A stretch of DNA of 64,000 bases from Escherichia coli (GTDB taxonomy: Bacteria > Pseudomonadota > Gammaproteobacteria > Enterobacterales > Enterobacteriaceae), in NCBI RefSeq assembly GCF_003334315.1, contig NZ_QOWR01000004.1, one strand, 5' to 3'. Below, one piece after another: positions 44,049 through 55,781 of the stretch; position 1 is the first letter of the stretch, and each line of letters begins with the position of its first letter. The position numbers and the translations under genes were made by a program. The notes under the pieces are model-generated. The model ran no database searches and was not told where the DNA came from. It saw only the letters and a program-made list of their open reading frames with translations.

Positions 44049-44389
44049 GTTATTTCTCCCGTTGCGTTGCATTGTTTCATTAATATGAGTGTTGTGTGTC
44101 GACACTCATTAAAATTAGTCGCTAATGAGAATTAGTCAAATTAAGCGCAACGAGAAGATAGAGGGAAAATATATTTTGAGGAACATTCTGGATATATTAA
44201 CAATTACCTGAGGAATAAGTGACTTAGAGAAAATTATTGATTTTACTGGTGTTATGTTGCGGGATTAATTTGTTTGATTATATTACTGTTGGGCGGAAAA
44301 ATGACGTAAGTTGACGTTCGACCGGGGTAAGCGAAACGGTAAAAAGATAAATATTAAATGAATTTAGGATTTTTCCGGCTTCATTAAAG

Positions 44390-44421
44390 AAAGTTAAAAT
44401 GCCGCCAGCGGAACTGGCGGC
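44390..44421 (-). terminator. trp operon terminator (trp t)
   Basis: minus strand GCCGCCAGTTCCGCTGGCGGC followed by ATTTTAACTTT, just downstream of trpA stop. Confidence 0.85.
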
Positions 44422-44428
44422 TGTGGGA

Positions 44429-45235
44429 TTAACTGCGCGTCGCCGCTTTCATCGGTTGTACAAAAACTTTCAGTGCCGCCAGCATTTTCTCTGGCTCATT
44501 AATATGTTGCTCGATGATTTTAACAATGGCCGAACCAGAAATCGCGCCCGCAGCTCCTGCATCAATCGCTGCTTTTACCTGATCCGGGGCGGAAATACCA
44601 AATCCCTGCAATGGAGGTGCAGCGTTGTACTCTTTCAGCTTCGCAACCAGATGATTGAGGGGTAACGCGGCGCGGTTTTCTGCGCCGGTCACGCCTGCTC
44701 GTGACAGCAAATAGGTGTAACCACGACCGTAAGAGGCTATCTGGCGCAGCAGGTCGTCATCGGCATTTGGCGGGCAGATGAAGATAGGTGCGACATTATG
44801 ACGCAACGCGGCCTGGCGGAAGGGCGCGGACTCTTCAACTGGCACATCGGCAACCAGCACCGAATCGACGCCGACTTTTTCGCACTGGGCATAAAACTCA
44901 TCAATGCCTTTGTTAAACACCAGATTGGCATACATCAACAGGCCAATGGGAATGGTCGGGTGTTTCTGGCGAATCAGTGCCAGCATTTCAAAACATTGTG
45001 CCGGAGTCACACCTGCCGCAAAGGCGCGCAGAGTGGCGTTTTGAATCGTCGGGCCATCCGCCAGTGGGTCGGAGAAGGGGATACCTAACTCCAGCGCGTC
45101 AGCACCGGCTTCAATTAGCGTATCGATAATTTTCAATGACTGCTCAATGCCCGGATCACCGAGCGTGACGAAAGGAACGAATGCGCCTTCTTTGCGCTCC
45201 TTCAACTGGGCAAACAGAGATTCGTAGCGTTCCAT
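44429..45235 (-). CDS. trpA: tryptophan synthase alpha
   Basis: 268-aa [40 protein letters not shown]... Confidence 0.97.
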
Positions 45236-46428
45236 CAGATTTCCCCTCGTGCTTTCAAAATATCGTGAACGGTGAAGATGTCTTTATCGCCGCGACCGGA
45301 AAGGTTAACCACCAGTAGCTGCTCTTTATCCGGGTTTTCGCGCATCATTTTCAACGCATGGGCCAGGGCGTGGGAGGATTCCAGCGCCGGGATGATTCCT
45401 TCGTGCAGGCACAGCGTTTTGAAGGCTTCAAGGGCTTCATCATCGGTAATAGACACGTAATCAGCGCGTCCAGTGCTGTTAAGATACGCGTGTTGTGGGC
45501 CGACAGACGGGAAATCCAGTCCGGCGGAGATGGAGTAAGATTCTTCAATCTGCCCGTCTTCGGTTTGCATCATCGGCGCTTTCATACCGAAATAGATACC
45601 CACGCGACCATGTTTTAGCGGTGCGCCGTGCTCGCCAGTTTCGATACCGTGACCACCTGGCTCCACACCAATCAGGCCGACGTTGGTTTCATTGATGAAA
45701 TCAGCAAACATGCCGATGGCATTCGAACCGCCGCCAACACAGGCGATAACGGCATCCGGCAGGCGACCTTCTCTTTCCAGAATCTGCGCTTTGGTTTCTT
45801 CGCCAATCATCCGCTGAAACTCACGCACAATGGTCGGATAAGGATGCGGGCCAGCTGCGGTGCCCAGCATATAGTGCGCGGTTTCGTAACTACCGGACCA
45901 GTCGCGCAGCGCCTCGTTACAGGCATCTTTCAGCGTCGCGGAACCGCTATGCACCGGGATCACTTCCGCACCCATTAAGCGCATACGAAAAACGTTAGGC
46001 GACTGGCGTTCAACGTCTTTGGCACCCATATAAATACGGCATTTCAGGCCGAGCAGGGCGCTGGCAAGGGCCGACGCCACGCCATGCTGACCGGCACCGG
46101 TTTCGGCGATGATTTCGGTTTTACCCATCCGCTTCGCCAGCAACGCCTGCCCCAGCACCTGGTTAGTTTTATGCGCGCCGCCGTGCAGCAAATCTTCACG
46201 CTTGAGATACAGCGTGGTGTTCGTCCCGGCTGTAATGTTCTGGCATTTGGTCAGCGCGGTTGGACGCCCGGCATAGTTTTTCAGCAGGTCGTTGAACTGA
46301 GCCTGAAATTCAGGATCTTTTTGCGCACTGACAAAAGCTTCTTCCAGCTGGCGCAGAGCAGGCATCAGGATTTGTGGCACGTACATGCCGCCAAACTCAC
46401 CAAAATAGGGGTTAAGTAATGTTGTCAT
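45235..46428 (-). CDS. trpB: tryptophan synthase beta
   Basis: 397-aa ORF; 1-nt stop/start overlap with trpA (TGATG). Confidence 0.97.
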
Positions 46429-46439
46429 TGTTCCTTTCC

Positions 46440-47801
46440 TTAATATGCGCGCAGCGTCTGGAAAACCGAGGCCAAAAGACGTGCGTCTTTGATGCCCGGT
46501 TGCGACTCTACAGCAGAATTAAAATCAAGTCCGGCGCAGCCGGTTTGTGCCGCTTCCACGCAGTTATCTGCGCCTAAGCCCCCCGCCAGCAGAACGTTGC
46601 CAAGCGATTGACCATTTAATAGTGACCAGTCAAAACGTTGCCCGCTTCCACCCTGGCCGTTGTCTAAAACATATTTATCAACGTGCTGAAACTCGCGGGC
46701 GGGCAGGGTTTCACCGACGCTTAATGCTTTCCAGATGGCAACATGTGCTGGCAGAGCTTCACGCAGCGTATCGATATACAGCTGTTCTTCATTACCATGC
46801 AGTTGCACTGCCGCCAGCGATAACACCTTAGCTTTGTCCACCACATCGGCAATATCGTGATTGCGGAACACGCCAACATACTGCAACGGTGCCGCAGCCA
46901 TCATTTCCTGCGCCTGTTCAACGTTGACGCAACGCGGTGATGTCGCAACAAAAATCAACCCACCGTAAATCGCGCCCGCGTCATAAGCTGCTTTAGCATC
47001 TTGCCCACGCGTCAGGCCACATACTTTATTCTCACCCAGCAACACCCGGCGCACGGCGGCGTGCAAATCGTCATGGGCCATCAACGCCGAACCAATCAGA
47101 AAACCGTTAGCGAAGTGGCTTAACTCGCGCACCTGAGCGTAAGTATTGATGCCGGATTCGCTGATTACCGTCACGTTGTGCCCCAGTTTCGGCGCAAGCT
47201 CGCGGGTACGGTTGAGATCAATCGACAAATCACGCAGATCGCGGTTGTTGATGCCAACGACCTTTGCTCCCAATGCAATGGCGCGCTCCTGTTCCTCTTC
47301 ATTACTGACTTCGGTCAGCACCCCCATCTCCAGACTGTGAGCGACGGCGGCAAGCTGGCGATATTGGTCGTCATCCAGTACTGAAAGCATTAATAAGCAG
47401 GCATCGGCCTGGTAATAGCGCGCCAGATAGATCTGGTAAGGGTCGATAATGAAGTCTTTACATAAAATCGGCTGCGGGGCGATTTGGCTGACGATGGGGA
47501 GGAAATCAAAGCTCCCCTGAAAATATTTCTCATCAGTCAGCACCGAAATTGCCGAAGCGTAATGTTTATAAATGGCGGCAATGCGTGCTGGATCGAAATC
47601 ATCACGGATCACGCCTTTTGACGGCGACGCTTTCTTGCACTCCAGAATAAACGCCGTGCGCGCACCCTGTAGCGCATCATAAAAATGTCGCGTGCTCGGC
47701 TGAACCTCATTCTGAAAACTGGCCAGCGGTTGCTGCTGTTTGCGGGCTTCTACCCAAATCGCCTTGTCTGCGACGATTTTCGCTAAAACGGTTTGCATCA
47801 T
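46440..47801 (-). CDS. trpC: bifunctional indole-3-glycerol-phosphate synthase / phosphoribosylanthranilate isomerase
   Basis: 453-codon ORF (452 from second ATG); start abuts trpD stop (TAAATGATG). Confidence 0.97.
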   Translation of the reverse strand: MMQTVLAKIVADKAIWVEARKQQQPLASFQNEVQPSTRHFYDALQGARTAFILECKKASPSKGVIRDDFDPARIAAIYKHYASAISVLTDEKYFQGSFDFLPIVSQIAPQPILCKDFIIDPYQIYLARYYQADACLLMLSVLDDDQYRQLAAVAHSLEMGVLTEVSNEEEQERAIALGAKVVGINNRDLRDLSIDLNRTRELAPKLGHNVTVISESGINTYAQVRELSHFANGFLIGSALMAHDDLHAAVRRVLLGENKVCGLTRGQDAKAAYDAGAIYGGLIFVATSPRCVNVEQAQEMMAAAPLQYVGVFRNHDIADVVDKAKVLSLAAVQLHGNEEQLYIDTLREALPAHVAIWKALSVGETLPAREFQHVDKYVLDNGQGGSGQRFDWSLLNGQSLGNVLLAGGLGADNCVEAAQTGCAGLDFNSAVESQPGIKDARLLASVFQTLRAY

Positions 47802-49397
47802 TTACCCTCGTGCCGCCAGTGCGGTGACTCTGTCGTAAGCGGAACCACTGCGCAGTACCTCAAGAACGGTTTGCGCATTGGCTTGCAGATCTTCATGGCC
47901 ATGCAGGCGCATTAACATGGCGACGTTCGCAGCGACGGCTGCTTCATGGGCGGCGTCGCCTTTACCTTGTAACAAACGTGTTAAAATGTCACGGTTTTCT
48001 TCCGGTGTTCCGCCTGCCAGTTGCTCCTGGTGGTAGGGTGTCAGGCCAAAGTCTTCTGCGGTGAGCTGATAGCTTTTAATTTCGCCGTCATGCAGTTCGG
48101 CAACGATTGTCGGCGCGTGTAATGAAACTTCATCCATCCCGCCGCTGTGCACCACCGCCGCGCGTTGATACCCCAGCACGCGCAAGGTTTCGGCAATCGG
48201 CAGCACCAGTTCCGGACTATAAACACCAATTAACGCCAGCGGCGGATGCGCCGGGTTAATCAATGGCCCCAGCACATTGAACAGGGTGCGGGTTTTCAGT
48301 TGCTGGCGAACCGGCATCGCGTGGCGGAATCCGGTGTGATACTTCGGCGCAAAGAGGAAACATACACCTAACTCATCCAGCGCCTGGCGCGATTTATCGG
48401 CGTTCATATCAAGATTAATACCGAACGCCGCCAGCAGATCGGACGAACCAGATTTACTGGAGACGCTACGGTTGCCGTGTTTCGCCACTTTCAGCCCACA
48501 GGCCGCGGCGACAAACGCACTGGCGGTAGAAATATTGATACTGTTGCTGCCGTCACCGCCAGTACCGACGATATCAGCAAACAGATAATCCGGGCGCGGG
48601 AACGGCGCTGCGTTTTCCAGTAGCGCGGTTGCTGCTCCGGCGATCTCGTTCGGGTGCTCACCGCGAATTTTCATGCTCACCAGCGCCGCCGCCAGTTGTT
48701 CCGGCTTCAGCTCGCCACGCACCACCGCTGAAAACAGCTGGTGGCTTTCTTGTTGGCTAAGCGTCTGCGCCTGATACAGTTTTTCCAGAATCGGTTGCAG
48801 CGTGTTGGCTGGCTCTAGTTTCTGCTGCGCCCAGGCCAGCGTTTGTTCCAGCAGGCGAGCGCCCTGGGTGGTGAGAATGGATTCCGGATGGAACTGGAAT
48901 CCACAAACGCGATCCGCATCGTGACGTACTGCCATCACCATGCCATTAAAATGGGCGTTGATGGTTAAACCGGCCGGAATGTTACTGCCAACCAGCGAGT
49001 GATAACGCGCCACCGGCAGCGGGTTTGTTAATCCGGCAAACATCGCCTGACCGTCATGTTCAATGCTCGACGCTTTACCGTGAAGAATTTCGCCCGCCTG
49101 ACCGACATAGCCCCCGTAAGCTTCGACAATTGCCTGATGTCCGAGGCAAATGCCAATAATGGGCAGCTTGCCACGCAAGCGGGTGAGGAGTTCCGGCATA
49201 CAACCGGCTTCGCTCGGCACACCGGGGCCAGGAGAAAGCATCAGTACCGGATTGCTCATCGTCGCCAGGCGTTCAATTAAGGTCTGCGCCGGAATATGGT
49301 TGCGGTAAATCACCACGTTATGACCATTGCTGCGCAACTGATCTGCCAGGTTGTACGTAAAAGAGTCGATATTATCGAGCAGCAGAATGTCAGCCAT
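47802..49397 (-). CDS. trpD: anthranilate synthase component II / anthranilate phosphoribosyltransferase
   Basis: 531-aa [36 protein letters not shown]... Confidence 0.97.
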   Translation of the reverse strand: MADILLLDNIDSFTYNLADQLRSNGHNVVIYRNHIPAQTLIERLATMSNPVLMLSPGPGVPSEAGCMPELLTRLRGKLPIIGICLGHQAIVEAYGGYVGQAGEILHGKASSIEHDGQAMFAGLTNPLPVARYHSLVGSNIPAGLTINAHFNGMVMAVRHDADRVCGFQFHPESILTTQGARLLEQTLAWAQQKLEPANTLQPILEKLYQAQTLSQQESHQLFSAVVRGELKPEQLAAALVSMKIRGEHPNEIAGAATALLENAAPFPRPDYLFADIVGTGGDGSNSINISTASAFVAAACGLKVAKHGNRSVSSKSGSSDLLAAFGINLDMNADKSRQALDELGVCFLFAPKYHTGFRHAMPVRQQLKTRTLFNVLGPLINPAHPPLALIGVYSPELVLPIAETLRVLGYQRAAVVHSGGMDEVSLHAPTIVAELHDGEIKSYQLTAEDFGLTPYHQEQLAGGTPEENRDILTRLLQGKGDAAHEAAVAANVAMLMRLHGHEDLQANAQTVLEVLRSGSAYDRVTALAARG

Positions 49398-50959
49398 CAG
49401 AAAGTCTCCTGTGCATGATGCGCGGTGGCAATAGCGCGCAGTACAGCGCGGGCTTTATTACGGGTTTCGTCGGCTTCCGACTGCGGAACAGAATCAAGGA
49501 CTACGCCAGCACCGGCTTGCACGGTGGCGATACTGTTTTCCACCAGCGCCGAGCGGATCACAATGCAGGTGTCGAGATCGCCATGCGCGGTGAAATAACC
49601 TACCGCGCCGCCGTAGCTGCCGCGGCGACGACCTTCAGCCTCGGCAATTAACTGCATAGCGCGTACTTTCGGCGCACCGCTTAACGTTCCCATATTCATA
49701 CAGGCGCGGTAAGCGTGCAGGGCGTCGAGATCGTGGCGCAGCTCACCGACCACGCGGGAGACCAGGTGCATCACGTAAGAGTAACGGTCAACTTTGGTAA
49801 GATCGGCGACGTAGCGGCTGCCGGGGGTGCAAATGCGTGCCAGATCATTACGGGCGAGATCCACCAGCATCAGATGTTCAGAAAGCTCTTTATGATCGGT
49901 ACGCATTTCCAGTTCGATGCGGCTGTCGAGGTCTCTGTCCAGTGAACCATCGGCACGACGACCGCGTGGGCGTGTCCCGGCAATCGGGTAGATCTCAATC
50001 TGGCGGCTGGTGGCGTCATATTTGAGCGAACTTTCCGGCGACGCGCCAAACAGGGTGAAATCATTATCCTGCATAAAAAACATGTACGGGCTGGGATTAC
50101 TCTTTTTCAGCACGTAATAGGCCGCCAGCGGTGACGGGCAGGGCAGAGAGAAACGGCGAGATGGCACCACCTGGAAAATTTCTCCAGCGCGAATCGCTTT
50201 TTGCAACAAACGCACTACGCCACCGAACTCTTCATCGCTCTGGTTACATTCACAACGCATATGCGGCACGGAAACCACTGGCAGCGGCGGCGCGGCTTCG
50301 GTCAGTTGCTGACGTAGTTCGTTCAGGCGAGCAGTGAGACGTTGTTTTTCTTCTTCATTCGGAGCAAACAGGCTGGCCTGAATACGGGTGCTTTTTTTCT
50401 GATGGTCAATCACCATCAGCGTTTCAGCGAGATAAAAACAGAAATCAGGGCAGTTATTTTCCGCTGACAGTTGCGGTAAATCTTCAAATCCCGCCACAAG
50501 GTCATAAGAGAACAGGCCGCCGAAGAACATGGCTTCTCGTTCTTCCTTCGGTACATTCAACAGATTCTGCAATAAACGGAAAGCGTCAAAAACCGAAAGG
50601 GAGCATAAGCGGGCGTCTTCATCCAGCAGTGGACTGACAGGGGGGAAGCGCAGCACACGGCAGTTTGGTGATTGTTCACTTTCCACACCCGCAGGCAGGG
50701 CGTTATCCAGTAGTGCCAGCAGGGCTTCGCCGTTGCCGGAAAGTGCCTGGATTGTGACAGTGTCACCTAAAGCTGTAATGCGCAGCGCACTGTCTACCAG
50801 CAGCAGGCTTTTTAAATCATCTTTGCTGTCGATATCTGCGGATTCCAGCAGCAGCGTTGCCGGACGATCCCCACACAACTGGTGAAAAAGCGCGGTGGGA
50901 TTGTCGCGATAAGCGCCTTCGCAGGTTAGCAGTTCGAGAGTCGGTTTTTGTGTTTGCAT
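49397..50959 (-). CDS. trpE: anthranilate synthase component I
   Basis: 520-aa [46 protein letters not shown]...; 1-nt overlap with trpD. Confidence 0.97.
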   Translation of the reverse strand: MQTQKPTLELLTCEGAYRDNPTALFHQLCGDRPATLLLESADIDSKDDLKSLLLVDSALRITALGDTVTIQALSGNGEALLALLDNALPAGVESEQSPNCRVLRFPPVSPLLDEDARLCSLSVFDAFRLLQNLLNVPKEEREAMFFGGLFSYDLVAGFEDLPQLSAENNCPDFCFYLAETLMVIDHQKKSTRIQASLFAPNEEEKQRLTARLNELRQQLTEAAPPLPVVSVPHMRCECNQSDEEFGGVVRLLQKAIRAGEIFQVVPSRRFSLPCPSPLAAYYVLKKSNPSPYMFFMQDNDFTLFGASPESSLKYDATSRQIEIYPIAGTRPRGRRADGSLDRDLDSRIELEMRTDHKELSEHLMLVDLARNDLARICTPGSRYVADLTKVDRYSYVMHLVSRVVGELRHDLDALHAYRACMNMGTLSGAPKVRAMQLIAEAEGRRRGSYGGAVGYFTAHGDLDTCIVIRSALVENSIATVQAGAGVVLDSVPQSEADETRNKARAVLRAIATAHHAQETF

Positions 50960-50980
50960 TGTTATTCTCTAATTTTGTTC

Positions 50981-51008
50981 AAAAAAAAGCCCGCTCATTA
51001 GGCGGGCT
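50981..51008 (-). terminator. trp attenuator (3:4 terminator hairpin)
   Basis: minus strand CAGCCCGCCTAATGAGCGGGCTTTTTTTT between trpL and trpE. Confidence 0.9.
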
Positions 51009-51050
51009 GGGTATCTGATTGCTTTACGCATGGTGAATACACTGCCCGTT

Positions 51051-51095
51051 TCAGGAAGTGCGCCACCAACCTTTCAGTACGAAAATTGCTTTCAT
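51051..51095 (-). CDS. trpL: trp operon leader peptide
   Basis: minus strand ATGAAAGCAATTTTCGTACTGAAAGGTTGGTGGCGCACTTCCTGA = [14 protein letters not shown] with tandem Trp codons. Confidence 0.95.
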
Positions 51096-51122
51096 TGTCG
51101 ATACCCTTTTTACGTGAACTTG

Positions 51123-51157
51123 CGTACTAGTTAACTAGTTCGATGATTAATTGTCAA
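51123..51157 (-). promoter_or_regulatory. trp promoter and TrpR operator (-35 TTGACA, -10 TTAACTA, operator CGAACTAGTTAACTAGTACG)
   Basis: minus strand reads TTGACAATTAATCATCGAACTAGTTAACTAGTACGCA; operator palindrome 51123-51142, -35 at 51152-51157. Confidence 0.92.
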
Positions 51158-51232
51158 CAGCTCATTTCAGAATATTTGCCAGAACCGTTATGATGTCGGC
51201 GCAAAAAACATTATCCAGAACGGGAGTGCGCC

Positions 51233-52114
51233 TTGAGCGACACGAATTACGCAGTGATTTACGACCTGCACAGCCATACCACAGCTTCCGATGGCTGCCT
51301 GACGCCAGAAGCATTGGTGCACCGTGCAGTCGAGATGCGCGTCGGCACCCTGGCGATCACCGACCATGACACCACAGCTGCAATCGCACCAGCAAGAGAG
51401 GAAATTTCACGTTCGGGACTGGCGCTGAATCTTATTCCCGGCGTGGAAATTTCCACGGTCTGGGAAAATCATGAAATTCATATTGTCGGGCTGAATATTG
51501 ATATTACTCATCCGCTAATGTGTGAGTTCCTCGCGCAGCAGACAGAACGGCGCAATCAGCGGGCGCAGCTCATTGCCGAAAGACTTGAAAAAGCGCAAAT
51601 ACCTGGGGCGCTGGAAGGCGCGCAACGACTGGCTCAGGGCGGCGCAGTGACGCGCGGTCATTTTGCGCGTTTCCTTGTGGAGTGCGGCAAAGCCAGTTCA
51701 ATGGCGGATGTCTTTAAAAAGTATCTGGCGCGCGGGAAAACCGGATACGTTCCGCCACAGTGGTGTACAATAGAACAAGCTATTGATGTCATTCATCATT
51801 CTGGCGGTAAGGCGGTGCTAGCTCATCCTGGGCGGTACAATCTTAGTGCTAAATGGCTGAAAAGATTGGTTGCGCATTTTGCCGAACACCACGGCGACGC
51901 GATGGAAGTCGCGCAGTGCCAGCAATCGCCCAATGAACGCACCCAGTTGGCGACCCTTGCGCGTCAGCATCATTTATGGGCATCACAAGGATCTGATTTT
52001 CATCAGCCATGCCCGTGGATCGAACTGGGTCGTAAACTCTGGCTGCCCGCAGGCGTTGAAGGCGTCTGGCAGCTATGGGAACAGCCGCAGAACACCACAG
52101 AGAGGGAATTATGA
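51233..52114 (+). CDS. yciV: PHP-domain phosphoesterase YciV (TrpH)
   Basis: 293-aa ORF from TTG 51233 with PHP His motifs (YDLHSHTTASDG). Confidence 0.9.
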   Translation: MSDTNYAVIYDLHSHTTASDGCLTPEALVHRAVEMRVGTLAITDHDTTAAIAPAREEISRSGLALNLIPGVEISTVWENHEIHIVGLNIDITHPLMCEFLAQQTERRNQRAQLIAERLEKAQIPGALEGAQRLAQGGAVTRGHFARFLVECGKASSMADVFKKYLARGKTGYVPPQWCTIEQAIDVIHHSGGKAVLAHPGRYNLSAKWLKRLVAHFAEHHGDAMEVAQCQQSPNERTQLATLARQHHLWASQGSDFHQPCPWIELGRKLWLPAGVEGVWQLWEQPQNTTEREL

Positions 52115-52731
52115 GCCAGTTTTTTTATATTCATCCTGATAACCCACAGCAACGTCTGATCAACCAGGCGGTGGAGATCGTGCGTAAAGGCGGGGTGATT
52201 GTTTATCCAACTGATTCCGGCTATGCGCTCGGCTGTAAAATTGAAGATAAAAACGCCATGGAGCGTATTTGTCGTATTCGCCAGCTGCCGGACGGTCACA
52301 ACTTTACCCTGATGTGTCGCGATCTTTCTGAACTCTCGACCTATTCATTTGTCGATAACGTTGCGTTTCGTTTAATGAAAAACAACACGCCGGGCAACTA
52401 TACCTTCATCCTGAAGGGGACGAAGGAGGTGCCACGCCGTCTGTTGCAGGAAAAACGCAAAACCATCGGTATGCGTGTGCCTTCTAACCCGATTGCGCAA
52501 GCGTTGCTTGAAGCATTGGGCGAACCGATGCTTTCCACTTCGCTAATGCTGCCAGGCAGCGAATTTACCGAATCCGATCCGGAAGAAATTAAAGACCGTC
52601 TGGAAAAACAGGTAGATTTGATTATTCACGGCGGTTATCTCGGGCAGAAACCAACAACGGTTATTGATCTTACCGATGATACGCCGGTCGTGGTGCGTGA
52701 AGGCGTAGGTGATGTGAAGCCTTTCTTATAA
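52111..52731 (+). CDS. yciO: Sua5/YrdC-family RNA-binding protein YciO
   Basis: 206 codons from ATG 52111 (MSQFFYIHPDNPQQRLINQAVEIVRKGGVIVYPTDSGYALG...); ATGA overlap with yciV stop. Confidence 0.92.
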   Translation: MSQFFYIHPDNPQQRLINQAVEIVRKGGVIVYPTDSGYALGCKIEDKNAMERICRIRQLPDGHNFTLMCRDLSELSTYSFVDNVAFRLMKNNTPGNYTFILKGTKEVPRRLLQEKRKTIGMRVPSNPIAQALLEALGEPMLSTSLMLPGSEFTESDPEEIKDRLEKQVDLIIHGGYLGQKPTTVIDLTDDTPVVVREGVGDVKPFL

Positions 52732-52758
52732 CAAATTGCGTTCCATGGATGGAAGACT

Positions 52759-54654
52759 ATGGCAGGGAAGTTTCGCTGCATTTTGCTGTTGATAGCAGGG
52801 CTGTTTGTATCATCTCTAAGTTATGCAGAAAACACGGAGATCCCTTCTTATGAAGAAGGGATCTCGCTCTTTGATGTTGAAGCCACTCTGCAACCAGATG
52901 GGGTGCTCGACATCAAAGAAAATATTCATTTTCAGGCGCGAAATCAGCAGATTAAGCACGGCTTTTATCGTGATTTACCACGACTCTGGATGCAGCCTGA
53001 TGGGGACGCTGCACTGCTGAACTATCATATTGTTGGCGTCACCCGTGATGGTATTCCTGAACCCTGGCATCTTGACTGGCATATCGGGTTAATGAGTATT
53101 GTCGTGGGCGATAAACAACGTTTCTTGCCTCAAGGCGACTATCATTATCAAATTCATTATCAGGTTAAAAATGCTTTCCTGCGTGAGGGGGATTCTGATC
53201 TGCTAATCTGGAACGTGACCGGTAACCACTGGCCGTTTGAAATTTATAAGACCCGTTTTTCTCTCCAGTTCTCTAATATTGCGGGTAATCCATTTAGCGA
53301 AATCGATCTCTTTACCGGAGAAGAGGGCGACACATATCGTAATGGCCGCATCCTTGAGGACGGAAGAATTGAATCCCGCGATCCGTTTTATCGTGAAGAT
53401 TTCACGGTCCTCTACCGCTGGCCTCACGCTTTACTTAGCAATGCCTCGGCTCCGCAAACGACGAATATTTTCAGCCATCTTCTTTTACCCTCCACGTCAT
53501 CGTTGTTAATTTGGTTTCCGTGTCTGTTCCTGGTTTGTGGATGGTTATATCTCTGGAAGCGCAGGCCGCAATTTACGCCGGTAGATGTGATTGAAACCGA
53601 TGTCATTCCGCCAGATTACACGCCCGGCATGTTACGTCTCGATGCGAAGCTAGTTTACGACGATAAAGGTTTTTGTGCCGATATCGTAAATCTGATTGTG
53701 AAAGGAAAAATTCATCTGGAAGATCAGTCTGACAAGAACCAGCAAATCCTGATTCGTGTTAATGAAGGCGCGACCAGAAATAATGCGGTATTACTGCCCG
53801 CAGAGCAGTTATTACTGGAAGCGTTATTTCGTAAAGGCGATAAGGTCGTTCTTACGGGGAGACGCAACAGAGTCTTACGCAGGGCATTTTTACGGATGCA
53901 GAAATTTTATCTGCCGCGTAAAAAGTCTTCGTTTTACCGGTCTGATACTTTTTTGCAATGGGGTGGACTGGCAATATTGGCGGTCATTCTTTACGGTAAC
54001 TTGAGTCCTGTAGGCTGGGCAGGAATGAGTCTGGTGGGCGATATGTTTATTATGATCTGCTGGATTATTCCTTTTTTATTTTGTTCCCTTGAGCTTTTGT
54101 TTGCCCGCGATGATGACAAGCCTTGCGTTAATCGTGTAATCATCACTTTGTTTTTACCACTGATTTGTTCAGGCGTGGCCTTCTATTCTCTCTACATCAA
54201 TGTCGGAGATGTATTCTTTTACTGGTATATGCCAGCGGGTTATTTTACCGCTGTTTTCCTGACCGGTTATCTCACTGGCATGGGGTATATTTTTCTGCCA
54301 AAGTTTACCCAAACTGGACAGCAACGTTATGCCCACGGTGAAGCTATCGTTAACTATCTTGCGCGTAAAGAGGCGGCAACACACAGTGGGCGGCGTCGGA
54401 AAGGGGAAACACGGAAACTGGATTATGCGTTGCTAGGTTGGGCGGTCTCGGCAAACCTTGGCAGAGAATGGGCAGCACGTATCACCCCATCACTCACAGC
54501 GGCTGTTCGCGCCCCGGAAATTGCCCGTAGCGGCGTTTTATTCTCATTACAGACGCACCTAAGTTGCGGGGCCTATACCAGTTTGTTGGGGCGAAGTTAT
54601 TCCGGTGGTGGTGCTGGCGGCGGCGCGGGTGGCGGAGGCGGTGGTGGCTGGTAA
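52759..54654 (+). CDS. yciQ: DUF2207-type membrane protein YciQ with Gly-rich C-terminal tail
   Basis: 631-aa ORF, N-terminal signal/TM, several TM segments, ends GGGAGGGAGGGGGGGW. Confidence 0.9.
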   Translation: MAGKFRCILLLIAGLFVSSLSYAENTEIPSYEEGISLFDVEATLQPDGVLDIKENIHFQARNQQIKHGFYRDLPRLWMQPDGDAALLNYHIVGVTRDGIPEPWHLDWHIGLMSIVVGDKQRFLPQGDYHYQIHYQVKNAFLREGDSDLLIWNVTGNHWPFEIYKTRFSLQFSNIAGNPFSEIDLFTGEEGDTYRNGRILEDGRIESRDPFYREDFTVLYRWPHALLSNASAPQTTNIFSHLLLPSTSSLLIWFPCLFLVCGWLYLWKRRPQFTPVDVIETDVIPPDYTPGMLRLDAKLVYDDKGFCADIVNLIVKGKIHLEDQSDKNQQILIRVNEGATRNNAVLLPAEQLLLEALFRKGDKVVLTGRRNRVLRRAFLRMQKFYLPRKKSSFYRSDTFLQWGGLAILAVILYGNLSPVGWAGMSLVGDMFIMICWIIPFLFCSLELLFARDDDKPCVNRVIITLFLPLICSGVAFYSLYINVGDVFFYWYMPAGYFTAVFLTGYLTGMGYIFLPKFTQTGQQRYAHGEAIVNYLARKEAATHSGRRRKGETRKLDYALLGWAVSANLGREWAARITPSLTAAVRAPEIARSGVLFSLQTHLSCGAYTSLLGRSYSGGGAGGGAGGGGGGGW

Positions 54655-54783
54655 TTAAGCTGATGTTAATCGAAACAAGCTTTAACCATAAAGATAGTGT
54701 AGTATGTTGCGCCTCAAAGCCAGGCCAGTTAAAACGTCGAGTCGTTTACTTAAGGCCTGAGGAGTTCAAACAGACTTTACTAT

Positions 54784-54814
54784 CAGTGAGTCAGATGTAA
54801 GTTCTGACTCACTG
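54784..54814. other. perfect 12-bp inverted repeat CAGTGAGTCAGA-N7-TCTGACTCACTG
   Basis: seen directly between yciQ stop and rluB start; not followed by a T-run on either strand. Confidence 0.6.
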
Positions 54815-54866
54815 TTGCACAAAAGCATATCAGACGCCTGGGAAGGCGACACCAAAAGGAAGCTCT

Positions 54867-55742
54867 ATGAGCGAAAAGCTACAGAAAGTGCTGGCGCGTG
54901 CCGGCCACGGTTCTCGCCGTGAAATCGAATCTATTATTGAAGCCGGTCGTGTGAGTGTTGATGGCAAAATTGCTAAACTCGGCGATCGCGTTGAAGTTAC
55001 CCCTGGATTGAAAATCCGTATCGATGGTCACCTTATTTCGGTACGTGAGTCCGCTGAACAAATTTGTCGCGTTCTGGCTTATTACAAACCGGAAGGTGAG
55101 TTGTGTACCCGTAACGATCCGGAAGGGCGTCCGACGGTGTTTGACCGTCTGCCAAAGCTGCGTGGCGCACGCTGGATTGCCGTAGGTCGTCTGGACGTTA
55201 ACACCTGTGGTCTGCTGCTGTTCACCACTGACGGTGAACTGGCAAACCGTTTAATGCATCCAAGCCGTGAAGTTGAACGTGAATACGCCGTGCGTGTATT
55301 TGGTCAGGTTGACGACGCGAAACTGCGTGATTTGAGTCGTGGCGTGCAACTGGAAGATGGTCCGGCAGCTTTTAAAACCATCAAGTTCAGCGGCGGCGAA
55401 GGGATCAACCAGTGGTACAACGTTACTCTGACCGAAGGCCGTAACCGTGAAGTTCGTCGTCTGTGGGAAGCGGTTGGTGTGCAGGTCAGCCGCCTGATCC
55501 GTGTTCGTTACGGTGATATCCCACTGCCAAAAGGTCTGCCACGCGGTGGCTGGACGGAGCTGGACCTCGCCCAGACTAACTATCTGCGCGAACTGGTGGA
55601 GCTACCGCCAGAAACCAGCTCTAAAGTCGCTGTAGAAAAAGACCGTCGTCGCATGAAGGCGAATCAGATTCGTCGTGCGGTGAAACGTCACAGTCAGGTG
55701 AGCGGCGGTCGTCGTTCTGGCGGACGTAATAATAACGGTTAA
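54867..55742 (+). CDS. rluB: 23S rRNA pseudouridine synthase RluB
   Basis: 291-aa ORF with S4 domain and RsuA-family catalytic region, Arg/Gly-rich tail. Confidence 0.95.
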
Positions 55743-55749
55743 TCAAAGT

Positions 55750-55776
55750 ATGCCGGACGTCATATCCGGCATTTTT
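55750..55776. terminator. hairpin between rluB and btuR (ATGCCGGACGTCATATCCGGCAT + TTTT)
   Basis: 8-bp stem and T-run. Confidence 0.7.
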
Positions 55777-55781
55777 ACAGA

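Noticed and set aside
54598-54654. (GGN)n tract and tonB repeats as CRISPR or tandem non-coding repeats
   Set aside because: Both are in-frame coding repeats inside long ORFs, without spacer-repeat architecture.
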